A stretch of DNA of 60,867 nucleotides from Chiloscyllium plagiosum (Eukaryota): contig NC_057719.1 in NCBI RefSeq assembly GCF_004010195.1, positions 11,541,047 to 11,601,913 of the forward strand, in the 5' to 3' direction. Below, in pieces: positions 1 through 12,039 of the stretch. Under the pieces are notes generated by a model. That model was not told the DNA's origin and did not search any database. It was given only the letters and a program-made list of their open reading frames with translations. The position numbers were made by a program, and so were the translations under genes. Numbering within the stretch: the first letter of the stretch is position 1; every line of letters begins with the position of its first letter.

Positions 1-224
1 GGACTGGGGCTGACTTTGAGTCATTGTGAATTCTCTTACTCATACCCAGACATGTCTCACCTGAGCTATCTCATCAACACCCAGACTAAAGGCAAGGTGG
101 ATTCACAAAACACATTGAATCTCAAATTTTAGACACAGAATTCAAATCAATTAATCTTTTCTGTCAAAGATGAGTTGTACAAATAAAATACAAGAGACCA
201 CAGATACACAACAACTAGATCATA

Positions 225-443
225 GGCAATCAAATCTGCACTGTCCCTCCGAGCAGCATCCCACCCAATCCCCACATGGGGCTTTGCCCCACAGCCAATC
301 CTACGCATCTTTGGGAGTGGAAACCGGAGCACCAGGCACAAGGATAATGTGCAAACTCCACACAGTCACCCAAGGCCGGAATTGTATCCAGGTTCCTGGT
401 GCTGTGAGGCAGCAGTGCTAACCACCAAGCCACCGTGCTGCCC
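225..443 (-). mobile_element. HE1-type tRNA-derived V-SINE, partial
   Basis: Reverse complement begins GGGCAGCACGGTGGCTTGGTGGTTAGCACTGCTGCCTCACAGC (A box head), then TGTGTGGAGTTTGCAC body shared with the other copies in the window. Confidence 0.8.
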
Positions 444-1007
444 TAAATCAGCTGGGGATGGTCATTAGAAGGCCCGGGAACTCTCAGCTAGCCTTGGAGG
501 TGAACTTCTTACCGTTCTTTCACAATCAAGTAATGATGAACCTCAGCTCCAGCTGGGGACATGAAGGTTTTTCGAGAAGGCACAATTTGACAAAGTAGTT
601 CCAGGAGTGGGGAACTTCAATTATGGTGACAGATTGGAAGCTGGGAGTTTTTTTCTGTCAAGAGAAAATTGAAAGGAGATTTGATTGAAGTGGTAGAAGT
701 TGTGAGGGGTCTGGACAGAGACGTTAGAAAGAAACTGTTCTTTCCTATTGGAATTGAAAAGAATACCAAGGTCAAGTGAATGCCAAGACAGCCAACATGC
801 TTGGCATGGATGTGAGGAGATGGATAATATTCCTTTTGAGATGTAACCATTCTATAATTCCCCTGTGTACATGAGTCAGCCAAAAAGAAAGAGCTTGCAG
901 TGTGTTCACTCTTTACTGGAGAATTGCTATATTCAGGCTACTACATTGATGTTACACACTGGATTGCAATTTGTGGAGTTCAATTATTCTGTGTACAATT
1001 ACATGAT

Positions 1008-1192
1008 TCATAGAATCATAGAGTTCCTACAATGTGGAAGCAGGCTATTCAGCCCATCGAGTCCACACTGCCCCTCCAAAGAGCATTCCACCCAGGCCCA
1101 CCCTATTCCTCTAAACCTGCATTCCTCATGTCTAATCCACCTAGCCTGCACATCCTGGACACTATGGATGATTTAGCATGGCCAATCCACTT
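1008..1192 (-). mobile_element. HE1-type SINE 3' portion
   Basis: CATAGAATCATAGAGTTCCTACAATGTGGAAGCAGGC tail and GCATGGCCAATCCAC V-domain. Confidence 0.75.
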
Positions 1193-1396
1193 TACAATTG
1201 ATGTGGACTGTGCTTTATTAGTTAAGCCTAAGTATGGAGTCAGTAAAGTAAACAAAGCTGTGAAAGGGCTGGGAGCCCAAGCTAAAAGCATGGAGTAAAT
1301 GTTTTAAAGCATTAGGAGTAAAGTTCCTCCACACATAGAAACTGCTGTGTCAGGTCTGCAGAGACATAGCATATGCACCAAAGTGGATGATGCAGA

Positions 1397-1735
1397 AATC
1401 ATAGAATCCCTTCAGTGTGGAAACAGGCCATTTGACCCAACAAGTCCACACCGACCCTCTGAACAGTATCCCATTTAGACCCATTCCCCTCCTCTATAAC
1501 TCTACATTTCCACTGACTAATGTACCTAGCCTATACACCACTGAACACTATGGGCAATTTAACACGGCCAATTCACCTGATCCACACATCTTTGGGAGGA
1601 AACTGGAGCATCCAGAGGAAACCCACGCAGACACGGGGAGAATGTGCAAACTCCACACAGACAGTCACCCGTAACTGGAATCGAACCCGGACCCCTGACA
1701 CTGTGAGGCAGCAGTGCTAACCACTGAGCCATCGT
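1397..1735 (-). mobile_element. HE1-type SINE, near full length
   Basis: Tail at 1397, V-domain, head GAGGCAGCAGTGCTAACCACTGAGCCA at about 1706-1731. Confidence 0.85.
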
Positions 1736-2075
1736 CTATTGACTCCTTTCGTTATTCATTCATGGGATGAGGGCACCTCTGGTCAGCATTTATTGCCATC
1801 CCAGAGGGCAGTTTAAGAGACAGTTAAGCTGTGGAACTGAAGTCACATGTAGGCCAGACCAAGTAAAGACAGCAGTTTCTTTTCCTAAAGCACATTAGTG
1901 AATCAGATGGGATTTTCCCAACAGTCAACAATGGATTCATAGTCTTCATTCAAGTCTTAATTCCAGATTTTTATTGATTTCAAATTCCACCATCTGCCAT
2001 AGCAAGATTTGAACCCAGGTTCTCAGAACATTACTTGGGTGTCTGAAGTAACAGTCCACCTATAGTACCACTAGG

Positions 2076-2282
2076 TTCTAGATTAGTGGTGCTGGAAAAG
2101 CACAGCAGTTCAGGCAGCATCCAAGGAGCTTCGAAATCGATGTTTCGGAATATTCCTGATGAAGGGCTTTTGCCCGAAACATCGATTTCGAAGCTCCTTG
2201 GATGCTGCCTGAACTGCTGTGCTCTTCCAGCACCACTAATCCAGAATCTGGTTTCCAGCATCTGCAGTCATTGTTTTTACCT
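2076..2282 (+). mobile_element. PLE-derived inverted-repeat element, family A
   Basis: Long inverted repeat with hammerhead core at the apex; 16-bp TSD CTATAGTACCACTAGG at 2060-2075 and 2283-2298. Confidence 0.85.
2152..2187 (+). ncRNA. Minimal type I hammerhead ribozyme motif (family A)
   Basis: ATTC-CTGATGA-A-GGGC TTTT GCCC-GAAA-CATC-GATT. Confidence 0.8.
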
Positions 2283-2627
2283 CTATAGTACCACTAGGCT
2301 GATGCCTCCCCATGCCATAGAGTTGATAGAGTTCAGGGTTCCACTTGCTTGCTACAGGGATGGACAGTCCAAATGTAAGGAACCACATGAAGATGAAGGG
2401 TTAAGGTGAAGATGATTTTGTCTTGGAGCAGGAGACGACTAGCAAATATCTGAGTAGCTCACAGAAAACAGGTCTGCATTTAACATAGCAGATATACTGT
2501 CAAAAGATACTTTGGGACAAAGAAAAATGTGTTGAGCAAATTATATACATTCAGTGAGAGATGACAGATAAGTGGTAAACCCATGAAACAATATGCTTCA
2601 GGAAAATTGGCTGCTTGCACGCTTTCC

Positions 2628-2860
2628 TTTTATTCATTTACAGGATGTAGGCATCACAGGCTAAGCCAGCGCTTATTAACCTCCATTAAAGGCTATGGGT
2701 CTGGAGTCACATGTGGGCCAGACCAAGAAATGATGGCCGATTTCCTTCCCTAAAGGAGATGACTGAACCACATTTATTCTTCCTGACAATGGTTTCACGG
2801 TCATCAGAATAACACGTGGATTCCAGTTTGATGGACTAGCGATACTATCATCATCTCCCC
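2628..2860 (-). mobile_element. Second tRNA-SINE type, decayed
   Basis: TTATTCATT...GGGTCTGGAGTCACATGTGGGCCAGACC homologous to 1752-2310. Confidence 0.6.
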
Positions 2861-2867
2861 TATAACT

Positions 2868-3092
2868 GGGTGCTCCAGTTACCTCCCACAGTCCAAAGAT
2901 GTGCAGGCTGGGTGAATTAGTCATCCTAAATTACCCATAGTGTTCAAGGGTGTATAGGTTAGGTGCATTAGTCAGGGGAAATGAAGAGTAATCGGGGAGG
3001 GGAATGGGTCTGGGTTGAATACTCTTCAGAGATTTGGTGTGGACTTGTTGGGCCGAATGTCCTGTTTACAAATGTAAGGATTCTATGATTCT
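2868..3092 (+). mobile_element. HE1-type SINE, 5' truncated
   Basis: CTCCCACAGTCCAAAGATGTGCAGG...GGATTCTATGATTCTA. Confidence 0.75.
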
Positions 3093-3799
3093 AACTTGTC
3101 ATCATGAATTTAAGGGGTGTTTAAATTCCACAAATAAGGAACAGTGTCTTCATAGAGGACAACAGTTTAACCTTGGGGTAGTAGGGGTGGGGAGAAAAAC
3201 CAGTATCTTGTCAGTCCAAATGAATCTTCTGTTCGTAAAAGCTTTTCACTGGAGGCTGTTTAAAGGGGGCATTTCATCATTGGAGGAACCGTATGTTAGG
3301 AAGAGGGTGGTGTGACTTGGGTGGTACCACACCTTTAAATGAGGAGGCAGTGCCCTTTTAAGAGAAATGACAGCAACTGAAACTGGCACCAGAGACTTAG
3401 TGATGGATTTGTTAGCACTCAATGTAAGCAGTCAGCCACTGCCAGGTCAATATGGAAGCTTTCTCAAAGTCTATAGACCTCTTTGTGAAGGGAGCAGGGA
3501 GTGAATATAAAATGTAAGCACACAATAATTATACAGGCAGCGAGGAGGATGCTGTCAGGCAGTTATTGATCTCCTGCAGTAGCACATGAATGCACAAGCA
3601 ACTTTGCCTAGCTGCCCCAAGCTCAGCTCTTTGTGTTTTATAACAGGGTAGAGCCATCCAGGCGAGATCACCCTCTATGGCCCTGTTGGTTCATACGTGT
3701 AAATTAGATATGGTGTTAAAGAATAAACAATTTCCCACATCCCCCCTTCCTGCAGAAGCTACCCCTGGGGGCCACGCGGCAAGATTGTGATTTATAAAG

Positions 3800-4230
3800 G
3801 GGTTCCAGGAACCAGAAACTTCAATAATGAGGACAGATTGAAAAAGTTGGGACTGTTCTCCTGGGAGAGCAGATCTGATAGCAGTTTTCACCATCACCAT
3901 GAGCTAGCTAGACAGAGTAGATAGGAAGAAACTGTAAAAGCGAAAAAGAACAAGAAATTGTAGACTTAAAGTGATGCGCAAATGAAGCAAGGGTGATGTG
4001 AGAAAATTCCTTTTCACACAGCGAGTAGTTAGGGTCTGGAATGCACTGCCTGGAAACATAGCATAGGCAGATTCATTTGAGGCATTCAAGAGGTGAATTA
4101 GATGACTATTTGGATAGAAATGGTGTCCAGAGATGCAGGAAAAAGGAAGAAGATTGACACTAAGTAACAGAACCGATATAGGCACGATAGACTGAACGGC
4201 TTCCTGTACTGTAGTAGTTCTGTGATTATG
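3800..4230 (+). mobile_element. Old CR1 LINE 3' fragment
   Basis: TTGGGACTGTTCTCC...TTTCACACAGCGAGTAGTTAGGGTCTGGAATGCACTGCCTG, the C-terminal FFTQRVV.VWNALP motif of CR1 ORF2. Confidence 0.7.
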
Positions 4231-4844
4231 TGAAGTGAGTGCTGCTCATATAATGTCCTTTGGAACTCATAAGGTGCTGCTGCAAAATTCCACAACAGCC
4301 CCGTTCCCTGACAAGATGCCAGTGACCAGAGATTTAACCCTCAGCCATCCCCTGTTCACAATTTGCTTCCAAAAGTGGGATCTCTGAAATTGCAGCACTG
4401 AATGAGAAGTGATCTAACTGAAACTCAGAAAATTCATATAGATTGCAACAGAGTAGTTGCAGAAAGGATATTTTCCCTGGCTATACGGAGGTTGTGAGAT
4501 GGTGGTTTCTAGAACCACGGAAGACAGACTTTGGATTTAGGACAGAAATGAGGAGGAATTTCTTCACTCAGAGGATGGTGAATCTTAAGTAATTGTCTAT
4601 CCCATCAGGCTCAGTCATTGAGGTTTGCTCATGACAGAGATCAATAGATTTCCAGGTATTTAATCTGATTTATTACAGTCACATATACAGGGGAACCTCG
4701 ATTATCCAAACGTGATGGGTGGGCACTATTTCATTCGGATAATCAATAATTCAGTTAATTGATTAATTGTCTTTCCTCAGGGGCTCGGAGTTTTTAAAGT
4801 CTGCTCCTCATTCAAGAGACTGCAGCAGCACACAGCGCATGAAG

Positions 4845-5110
4845 CCACACCCCAACACTGCCCCCCACCCCCGACCTCATCCGACACTGCACCCGCCCCC
4901 AACACCATCCAACACCACCTCCCCGCCGCCAACACCGCCCCCAACACCCTACCACCCTCAACCCCGTCCAATACCGCCGCCCGCCCCCATGCAACACCCA
5001 CTGCCCCAACTCCGTCTAACACCGCACCCACCCCCAATACTCCCCCATCCCCAATCCCATCCAACACCATCTCCCTGCCTGCCCCAAACCCCGTACACAC
5101 CCGCCCCCTC
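4845..5110. repeat. C-rich degenerate short tandem repeat inside the MITE
   Basis: Repeated CCCAACACCG/CCCCC units. Confidence 0.85.
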
Positions 5111-5181
5111 TCCTGGGCAGCTGGATTGAACACCAACAACAAGACTGCTGCAGTTGCCTTTGTGAAGTTAGTCTCTGAATA

Positions 5182-5226
5182 ACACACACACACACACACA
5201 CACATGCAGCCACAGCCACACACACA
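5182..5226. repeat. (CA)n microsatellite
   Basis: ACACACAC run. Confidence 0.9.
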
Positions 5227-5617
5227 ACTTTTTACTGCAACGTTTTGACAAGTTCCACCTGCCCTGTACAGGACAATGTTAGAGAGATGATGTGGGAAAG
5301 GGGAGGTTTAAGGTACACCCTTGTGTAGAACTCCATGGGAAGTGTGGGGGGAGAGAGAGGGCGGGCAGTCAGTCATTTGGAGACGGTGCCCGTTTAATCA
5401 CTGTAAACTAAAGATGCGATCACTGTTGGAAATACGACATTGATGTAATGTTTATATTGGGACCTCGAGATCTCCTTTGAGTAATCCCGATTTTCGGATA
5501 ATTGGTATTTGGATAATCGAGGTTCCTCCATATCAAGATACAGTGAAAATTATTGTTTTGCGTGCTATCCAGACAATACATATTTTACATAAGTACATCA
5601 GGGTAATAGAAGATCAA

Positions 5618-5818
5618 TGTGTTGCTGGAAAAGCGCAGTAGGTCAGGCAGCATCCAGGGAACAGGAGAATCGACGTTTCGGGCATAAGCCCTTCTTGGGA
5701 AGGGCTTATGCCCGAAACGTCGATTCTCCTGTTCCCTGGATGCTGCCTGACCTGCTGCGCTTTTCCAGCAACACATTTTCAGCTCTGATCTCCAGCATCT
5801 GCTGACCTCACTTTCTCT
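5618..5818 (+). mobile_element. PLE-derived inverted-repeat element, family A (CTGATGA lost at the apex)
   Basis: About 79-bp near-perfect inverted repeat 5616-5694/5699-5777; 14-bp TSD TAATAGAAGATCAA at 5604-5617 and 5819-5832. Confidence 0.85.
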
Positions 5819-6003
5819 TAATAGAAGATCAACCCTAATATATGAGAGGTCTGTACATTAGTCTAATAACAGCAGGGAAGAAGCTGTTCTTAAATCTGTT
5901 GTTTCGTGTTTTCAAACATTTGCATCAGAAGAGAGTATAATCAGGGTGGGAGGGATCTTTGATGATGTTGGCTGCTGTTCTGAGGCAGCAGGAAGTACAA
6001 TTG

Positions 6004-6240
6004 GAGTCACTGAGTTATACAGCACAGAAACAGACCCTTCAGTCCAACACGTCTGCTACGACCAGACATCCCAACCTGACCCAGTCCCATTTGCGAGCAC
6101 TTGGTCCATACCCTTCTGAACCCTTTCTATTCATATACCCACCTAGATGCCTTTTAAATGATGTAATTGTACCAGTCTCCACCACTTCCTCTGGAAGTTC
6201 ATTCCATACTTACATCACTCTCTGCGTGAACAAGTTACCC
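6004..6240 (-). mobile_element. CR1/HER1 LINE 3' end
   Basis: ACAGCACAGAAACAGACCCTTCAGTCCAAC...CTATTCATATACCC tail region. Confidence 0.8.
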
Positions 6241-6910
6241 AATGGAAGAAAGACTGGTTTGTGTGATGGACTGAGCTGTGTTCACAACTCATTGTCATTT
6301 CTTGCAATCTTGAACAGAGCAATTACCAAACCAAACTGTGATACATCTGGATAGGAAGCTTTCTACGATGCATCTATAAAAATTGGTAAGAGTCATTGTG
6401 GACATGCTGAATTTCCTTCGCCTTCTGAGGAAGCAGAGGGGTTGGTGTGCTTTCTTGGCTGTAGCATCGATGTAGATGGACCAGGATAGTGTGTTGATGA
6501 TACTTATTTTTAGGAAGTTGAAGATCTCACCTACTTCCACCTCAGCACCATTGATAAAGACAGGGGCGTATTCTCTACTCTGCTTCCTGAAGTCGATGCC
6601 CAGCTCCTTCATTTTACTGACATTGAGGGAGAGATTTATGCCTTTACACTGTGCCACTAGTTGTCTATCTCCTTTCTGTACTCTGTCTCGTTGTTGTTTG
6701 TGATTGACCCACCACAGTAGTGTCATCAGCAAATGGAGTTAGAGCTGAATTGCGCCACGCAGTTATGAACATGTGGCAGGGGGCTGAGTACACAGCCTGG
6801 TTGGGCACCGTTATTGAGGAATTTTGTGGAGGCGATGTTGTCACCTATACTTAATGATTGCAGTCTGTGGGTCAGAAAGTCAAGGATCGAATTACAGAGC
6901 AGGGAGCCGA

Positions 6911-7876
6911 GTCATAGAGTCATAGAGATGTACAGCATGGAAGCAGACCCTACGGTCCAACCCGTCCATGCCGACCAGATATCCCAATCCAATCTAGTCC
7001 CACCTGCCATCACCCAATCCATATCCTTCCAAACCCTTCCTATTCATATACCCATCCAAATGCCTCTTAAATGTTGTAATTGTACCAGCCTCCACCACTT
7101 CCTCTGGTAGCTCATTCCATACACACACCACCCTCTGTGTGAAAAAGTTGCCCCATAGGTTTCTTTTATATCCTTCCCCTCTCACCCTAAACCTATGCCC
7201 TCTAGTTCTGGACTCCCTGACCCCAGGGAAAACACTTTATCTATTTACCCTATCCATGACCCTCATGATTTTATAAAGCTCTATGAGGTCACCCCTCAGC
7301 CTCTGATGCTCCAAGGAAAACAGCCCCAGCCTATTCAACCTCTCCCTATAGCTCAAATCCTCCAATCCACCCTGGTAACATCCTTGTAAATCTTTTCTGA
7401 ACCCTTTCAAGTTTCACAACATCCTTCCAATAGGAAGGAGACCAGAATTGTGCACAATATTCCAACAGTGACCTAACCAATGTCCTGTACAGCTGCAACA
7501 TGACCTCCCAACTCCTGTACTCAATACTCTCACCCATAAAGGAAAGCATACCAAACGCCTTCTTCACTATCCTATCTATCTGCGACTCCACTTTCAAGGA
7601 GCTATGAACCTGCATTCCAAGGTCTCTTTGTTCAGCAACACTCCTTAGGACCTTACCATTAAGTGTATAAGTCCTGATTTGCTTTCTCAAAATGCAACAT
7701 CTCGCATTAATCTAAATTAAATTCCATCTGCCACTCCTCAGCCCACTGACCCATCTGATCAAGATCCCGTTGTTATCTGAGGTAACCTTCTTCGCTGTCC
7801 ACTACATCTCCAATTTTGGTGTCATCTGCAAACTTACTAACTATACCTCCTATGTTCATATCCAAATCACTTATAC
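6911..7876 (-). mobile_element. CR1/HER1 LINE 3' fragment (about 1 kb)
   Basis: GTCATAGA tail repeat; ORFs with QRDLG.QVH.SLK, LYRTLVR..LEYC.QFWSP, FFTQRVV.VWNELP. Confidence 0.9.
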
Positions 7877-8476
7877 TTACCATGGAATACAGCTGATCTA
7901 CAAAGTATAACAAAACATTATTTAGAAAAAATAGATCTGCAGACCGGAAGATTTAATACATTATAAATTATACCAGACAAGGGAAAATTGACACTTTCTT
8001 ATCATTGATTTACGAGATTTTTAATGGATGCACAAGTGTGTCTGAATAAATAGATCATTAGTTTGATGAGGTTAATTAATGGCAGTGAACTATAGTGCAT
8101 CCTTGTGAGCGTATCTTTGACTAGCTTAGAATAGGCATGTATGGACTAGTGACTACTTACTGCATGTGAGCTGCTGAGATACAACTCTGCTTAAACACAA
8201 GGGATAGAGTGGGGATTGGTGATAACGTGAGGGATAAGGTCTGTTCACAAATATTTGCAAAAGATCTTCAGAATATCTGTCATCTGCACTCTAACAGTCT
8301 GAGAATACACAAGAATCGAAGGCTATCAATTCAAATGAGCTAGTTTCTATTCGAGGAATTGAATGGGAATAGCTAGTTCCAATCCTCAGTAGGTTTCATC
8401 TTTGTCAATGCTAGAGAGGAACAAAGGCAATGAAAATTCTTTGATTGTCCATATGTACTTGGGCACCATCAAGTAT

Positions 8477-8610
8477 TGAATCATAGAGTCCTGCAGCATG
8501 GAGACAGGCCCTTTGGCCCAAACTGGTCCATGCCAACCAAAATGTCCATCGAAGCTAATCCCATTTCCTTGCACTTGACCCATATCCTTCTAAACCTTTC
8601 CTATCCATAT
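8477..8610 (-). mobile_element. CR1 3' tail fragment
   Basis: GAATCATAGAGTCC...GGCCCTTTGGCCC. Confidence 0.7.
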
Positions 8611-9196
8611 TGGTAAGGGATTGATGTCAATGTTTGCTAAGAGTAAGCCCTTGCAACCCACAATTCCTATACTGAAGGACTGCTCTGATTGAATGCAGAT
8701 CGCAAACAGAGTGCATCACCTTCTTTCACTTGTTCAGCAATAACCTGCTCACTAATGCTCAGTTTGGGCTGCACTAGGGATACTCAGCGTCTGACCTCAT
8801 TACAATCTTGGTCCAAACATGATCTCCAGAGGTGAGGTGAGAGTTACTGACCTTGACAATAAGGCAACATTTGACCAAGTGTGGAACTCAGGAACCCAAC
8901 TAAAACTGGAATCAGTAGGAATCAGGGGGAGAATTCTCCACTGGTTGGAGTCATACTTGACGCATAGGAAGATGGTTGTGGTTGGTGGAGGTCAATCTAC
9001 TCAGTTCCACAAAATGTCTGCAGGAGTTCCTCAGAGGTGGTCGTAGGTCCAGCCATCTTCAGCTGCTTCATCAATGACCTTCCCTCTATCATAAGGTCAG
9101 AATTAGGGATGTTCGCTGAAGATTGCACAACGTTCAGCACCATTCGTGACTCCTCAGATATTGAAGCAGTCCATGTTTATATGCAACAACACCTGG

Positions 9197-9575
9197 CCAA
9201 CTAGCCACGAAACGACATGACCAGCTATCCTTAGTAGCCACACACGCACAGATGACAAGCAACATGAGTTCGACTGGGACAACACTACTATTATAGGACA
9301 AGTCAAACAGAGAACAGCCAGGGAATTCCTAGAGGCATGGCACTCATCCACAGATTCTATCAACAAACACATCGACCCGGACCCAATATACCGACCATTG
9401 CAGCGGACAGCTGGAACTGACAACCGGAAGCGGCAGAGACAAACCACTATAAATGCCGGAGGAAAAATCACAGAAGCGCTTCACAGGAGGCTCCCAAGCA
9501 CTGAGGATGTCACCTAGACAGGGGATGAAACGTCTGCAATACAAATTCCCAGCTCGGCAATCAGAACCACAACAA
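9197..9575 (+). mobile_element. Penelope-like element 3' fragment (GIY-YIG C-terminal part plus pLTR), family C
   Basis: QLATKRHDQLSLVA..H...HEFDWDNTTIIGQ...AREFLEAWHS..SINKHID; followed by TATAAAT and a hammerhead. Confidence 0.85.
9498..9537 (+). ncRNA. Minimal hammerhead ribozyme motif (family C)
   Basis: GCA-CTGAGGA-T-GTCACC TAGACA GGGGAT-GAAA-CGTC-TGC. Confidence 0.8.
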
Positions 9576-9839
9576 TAATCAATTGTGTCACTATCACTGA
9601 AAATCCCACCATCAAAATCCTGAGAGTTATCATTCACCAGAAACTGAACTGGACCAGCTAAATAAATAATGTGGCTATGAGATCAGGTCAGAGCCTGGGA
9701 ACTCTGCAGGAAATAATTTACTTCCTGACTTCCTAATATGTCCTCCACCTACAAGGCTCAAGTAAAACATGAAATGCAATACTCTCCACTTACCTGAATG
9801 AGTGTTGGTCCAACAGCATTCAGAATAGCAATGAATTAA

Positions 9840-10115
9840 ATGATCTTGTTATCTGTTTTTAATAATGATAGATGTTAGGCAGCATATCAAGGCGAATTCC
9901 TCTGCTCACCTTTGAAATTGGGCCATGGTTTGTTTCACATCCATCTAAGAAAACAGAGAGGTTTAGTTTAAAACCTCATTCAGAAGACATCACCTCCAAC
10001 CAGGCAGCACTCCATTCAGTGCTACATTGGAATGTCAGTCGAAAATTTGTACTCAAGACTTCAGTGTGGAAACAAAACCCCTTGATTCATAGGCAAATGT
10101 GCTGTCCACTGAGTG
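9840..10115 (-). mobile_element. DeuSINE/SacSINE1-like old SINE
   Basis: GCAGCACTCCATTCAGTGCTACATTGGAATGTCAG...TGTACTCAAG, homologous to 18100-18455; family name recalled from resemblance. Confidence 0.5.
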
Positions 10116-11359
10116 TCACTTTATCCTTGTCACAAAATGTCAGTGCAGAAGAGTAAGTATTGCCAATTCCAGCCAATGATCTGATTAGTGTTGCACCTAT
10201 TGCCCTGATGAACAGTGTGCCCTGGGTCAACTCAAACCATTGTTCGGAAATTGGGGCTCATTAGTCTAAGGACATTTGAACCACATCAACTCAACCTCCT
10301 TAACAGTTACTGCACTAAATCGAATTTAAAATGGGAAGCACTTAGGGATGTTTTGATGCATTCAAGCACTGTATAATTGCAAGTGGTATTTTTATCTTCA
10401 GCCAGTGATCTGAGCGGTGTGAAGAATATTTTGATCAAAGACAAGTTTGCTTCCAATGGCTAATTGCAAGGGAATTGTCTCATAAATGATATTCCAATGA
10501 GGCCACAGCCATGGTATCCATTAGCAACCTGTTTTGATCATTTTATGTGAGACATCCCATTAATGAAACCATTGATTTTGTGCAGTGCTATGTAATTTTG
10601 GAAGAAGGTGTTCATGGGTCCCCTGCTGGGTCATCACCCTTTTTACAACAGGGCATTCCCCAGGAAGGAGTGCTCATCCTGGGAAATGTGTGCAGGCCAG
10701 ATGGTCAATGTCTTTCCCAGGCCAAGCCAGACCCATCTCATTGGATTATAGCTCCTTTTACCAGGACCACAGAAAAAGTAAAATGGGGATCATTTCCTTG
10801 AGGTTGACAAATCAGTAACAATAAGTCATGGATTGATTGTCCAGGGAGGAGTTCAGTTCTAATAACCTTTTTCTACGATACATGGAGTGTTTTGACTACA
10901 TGCTTTTGGGACAGAAACTGTAACATTATTCAAACAGGACTTTGGAAAACACAGAGAGCTAGGATTATGGTGGAAGAATCATCTCACAATGGAGGCAAAT
11001 TTGTCAAAGTCTCTTTCTATGTTAAGATTTCTGTGATTGTAACCTCAGAAAAATGCCCCAACAATATTTGTATGTTATTTTACCATTAGGTATTGCCTGG
11101 CTTCCATGGGGTAGACCAACAGTTAAGAGCCAGACTAAGGTTCGGTCTGTGCTATGGGTCCATGCTCCTTGGGAACTGGATTGCAATTGGTCAAACATTG
11201 TTAAAGTAAACCCTTAAATCAACTAGAATCTTCCACGTGAGTGCGAGTTGATAGTTGTGACTGATCTTTGGTGCTCAGTGATCTATGATTATTGGCATGA
11301 ATACTAGTGCATCAACTACCATTGTAAGTATATAAAATTCGACAGTGTATTTCTATATG

Positions 11360-11458
11360 GGACGGCTGATGAAGGGTTTAAGCCCGAAATGTCAATTCTT
11401 CTGCTCCTCGGATGCTGCCTGACCGGCTGTGCTTTTCCAACACCACATTCTTCAGCAC
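11360..11458 (+). mobile_element. PLE family A single-arm element with hammerhead core
   Basis: CTGATGA-A-GGGT TTAA GCCC-GAAA-TGTC at 11366; 14-bp TSD TGTATTTCTATATG at 11346-11359 and 11459-11472. Confidence 0.8.
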
Positions 11459-11564
11459 TGTATTTCTATATGATGTTTTTGAAACTTGAATTGAGTGTCA
11501 TTCACCACTACACTGAATTAGCACAGACACCAAACTTTCTGCTTGCTCATAATCAAAGTTGCCG

Positions 11565-11940
11565 TGATGTGGAGATGCGGGGATTGGACAAAGTCCACAT
11601 CACTCGGTTGTAATCCAACAGGTTTATTTAAAATCACAAGCTTTTGGAGCGCTGCTCTTTCATCAAGTGAAGTAGAGGGAGATGCACAGGCACAGAATAC
11701 AGAGGCGGAGAGATAATGGCAAGATAATTCTAAGTAATTAAGAGTGCCAACAGATCTACTCACACTATTTGTACTTAACTGTTGACACTCTTAAATACCT
11801 GGGATTGCCATTATCTCTCCACCTATTTATTCTGTGCCTATGCGCCTCCACTTCACCTGAAAAAGGAGCAACATTCCAAAAGCTTGTGTATTTAAATAAA
11901 CCTGTTGGTCTATAACCTGGTGTTATGTGACTTCTGACTA
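11565..11940. mobile_element. PLE family B long inverted-repeat element, decayed
   Basis: Arms CCAACAGGTTTATTT...GGAGCGCTGCTC.TTCATCA and CACCTGA..AAGGAGC...AATAAACCTGTTGG are reverse complements. Confidence 0.75.
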
Positions 11941-12039
11941 TGATCAAAATTCACTGCTCCATTGAGCGTGCTGCTAGCATTTGAAGTTAAAAGAACTAAG
12001 TGTTCAAGAAAATGATAGATATTCCAGTTATAAAGACCA

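Larger units (their letters stand above)
1752..2310 (-). mobile_element. Second tRNA-derived SINE type with a LINE-like 3' tail, interrupted by a PLE hairpin
   Basis: Minus-strand head GGGAGGC...CCTAGTGGTA, B box GGTTCAAATC, tail ...GCAATAAATGCTG...CATCCCATGAATGAATAA; homologous to 2628-2860, 18458-18980, 30790-31110. Confidence 0.65.
4688..5530. mobile_element. Tigger/pogo-like (Tc1-mariner) non-autonomous DNA transposon
   Basis: TIRs CAGGGGAACCTCGATTATCCAAA (4688-4710) and TTTGGATAATCGAGGTTCCTCCA (5508-5530), flanked by TA on both sides. Confidence 0.75.
4660..6912 (-). mobile_element. Rex1/Babar-type LINE 3' part, interrupted by a MITE, a PLE hairpin and a CR1 fragment
   Basis: ORF 6295-6732: LNVSKMKELGIDFRK...AKKAHQPLCFLRR..KF..LTNFYRCIVES...CITVWFGNC, typical of the Rex1/Babar RT C-terminus. 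Confidence 0.7.
8730..9825 (+). mobile_element. CR1/L2-clade LINE RT fragment (different family), interrupted by a Penelope fragment
   Basis: LD.KA.FD.VW, GIRG..LHWLESYLT.RKM.VV..GQS, SAGVPQ, FINDLP, MFA.D motifs. Confidence 0.75.

Noticed and set aside
2076..2282. Classifying the hairpins as DNA-transposon MITEs or miRNA precursors
   Set aside because: 12-16 bp TSDs, asymmetric ends, variable apex and hammerhead cores of the same type as in the Penelope ORF-linked pLTRs point to a PLE origin
4767..5225. Pro-rich and Gly-rich ORFs of 120-148 aa
   Set aside because: They are translations of a C-rich repeat inside a MITE
5585..5805. Near-identical ORFs on both strands (MCCWKSA...)
   Set aside because: An artefact of the inverted repeat; not protein coding
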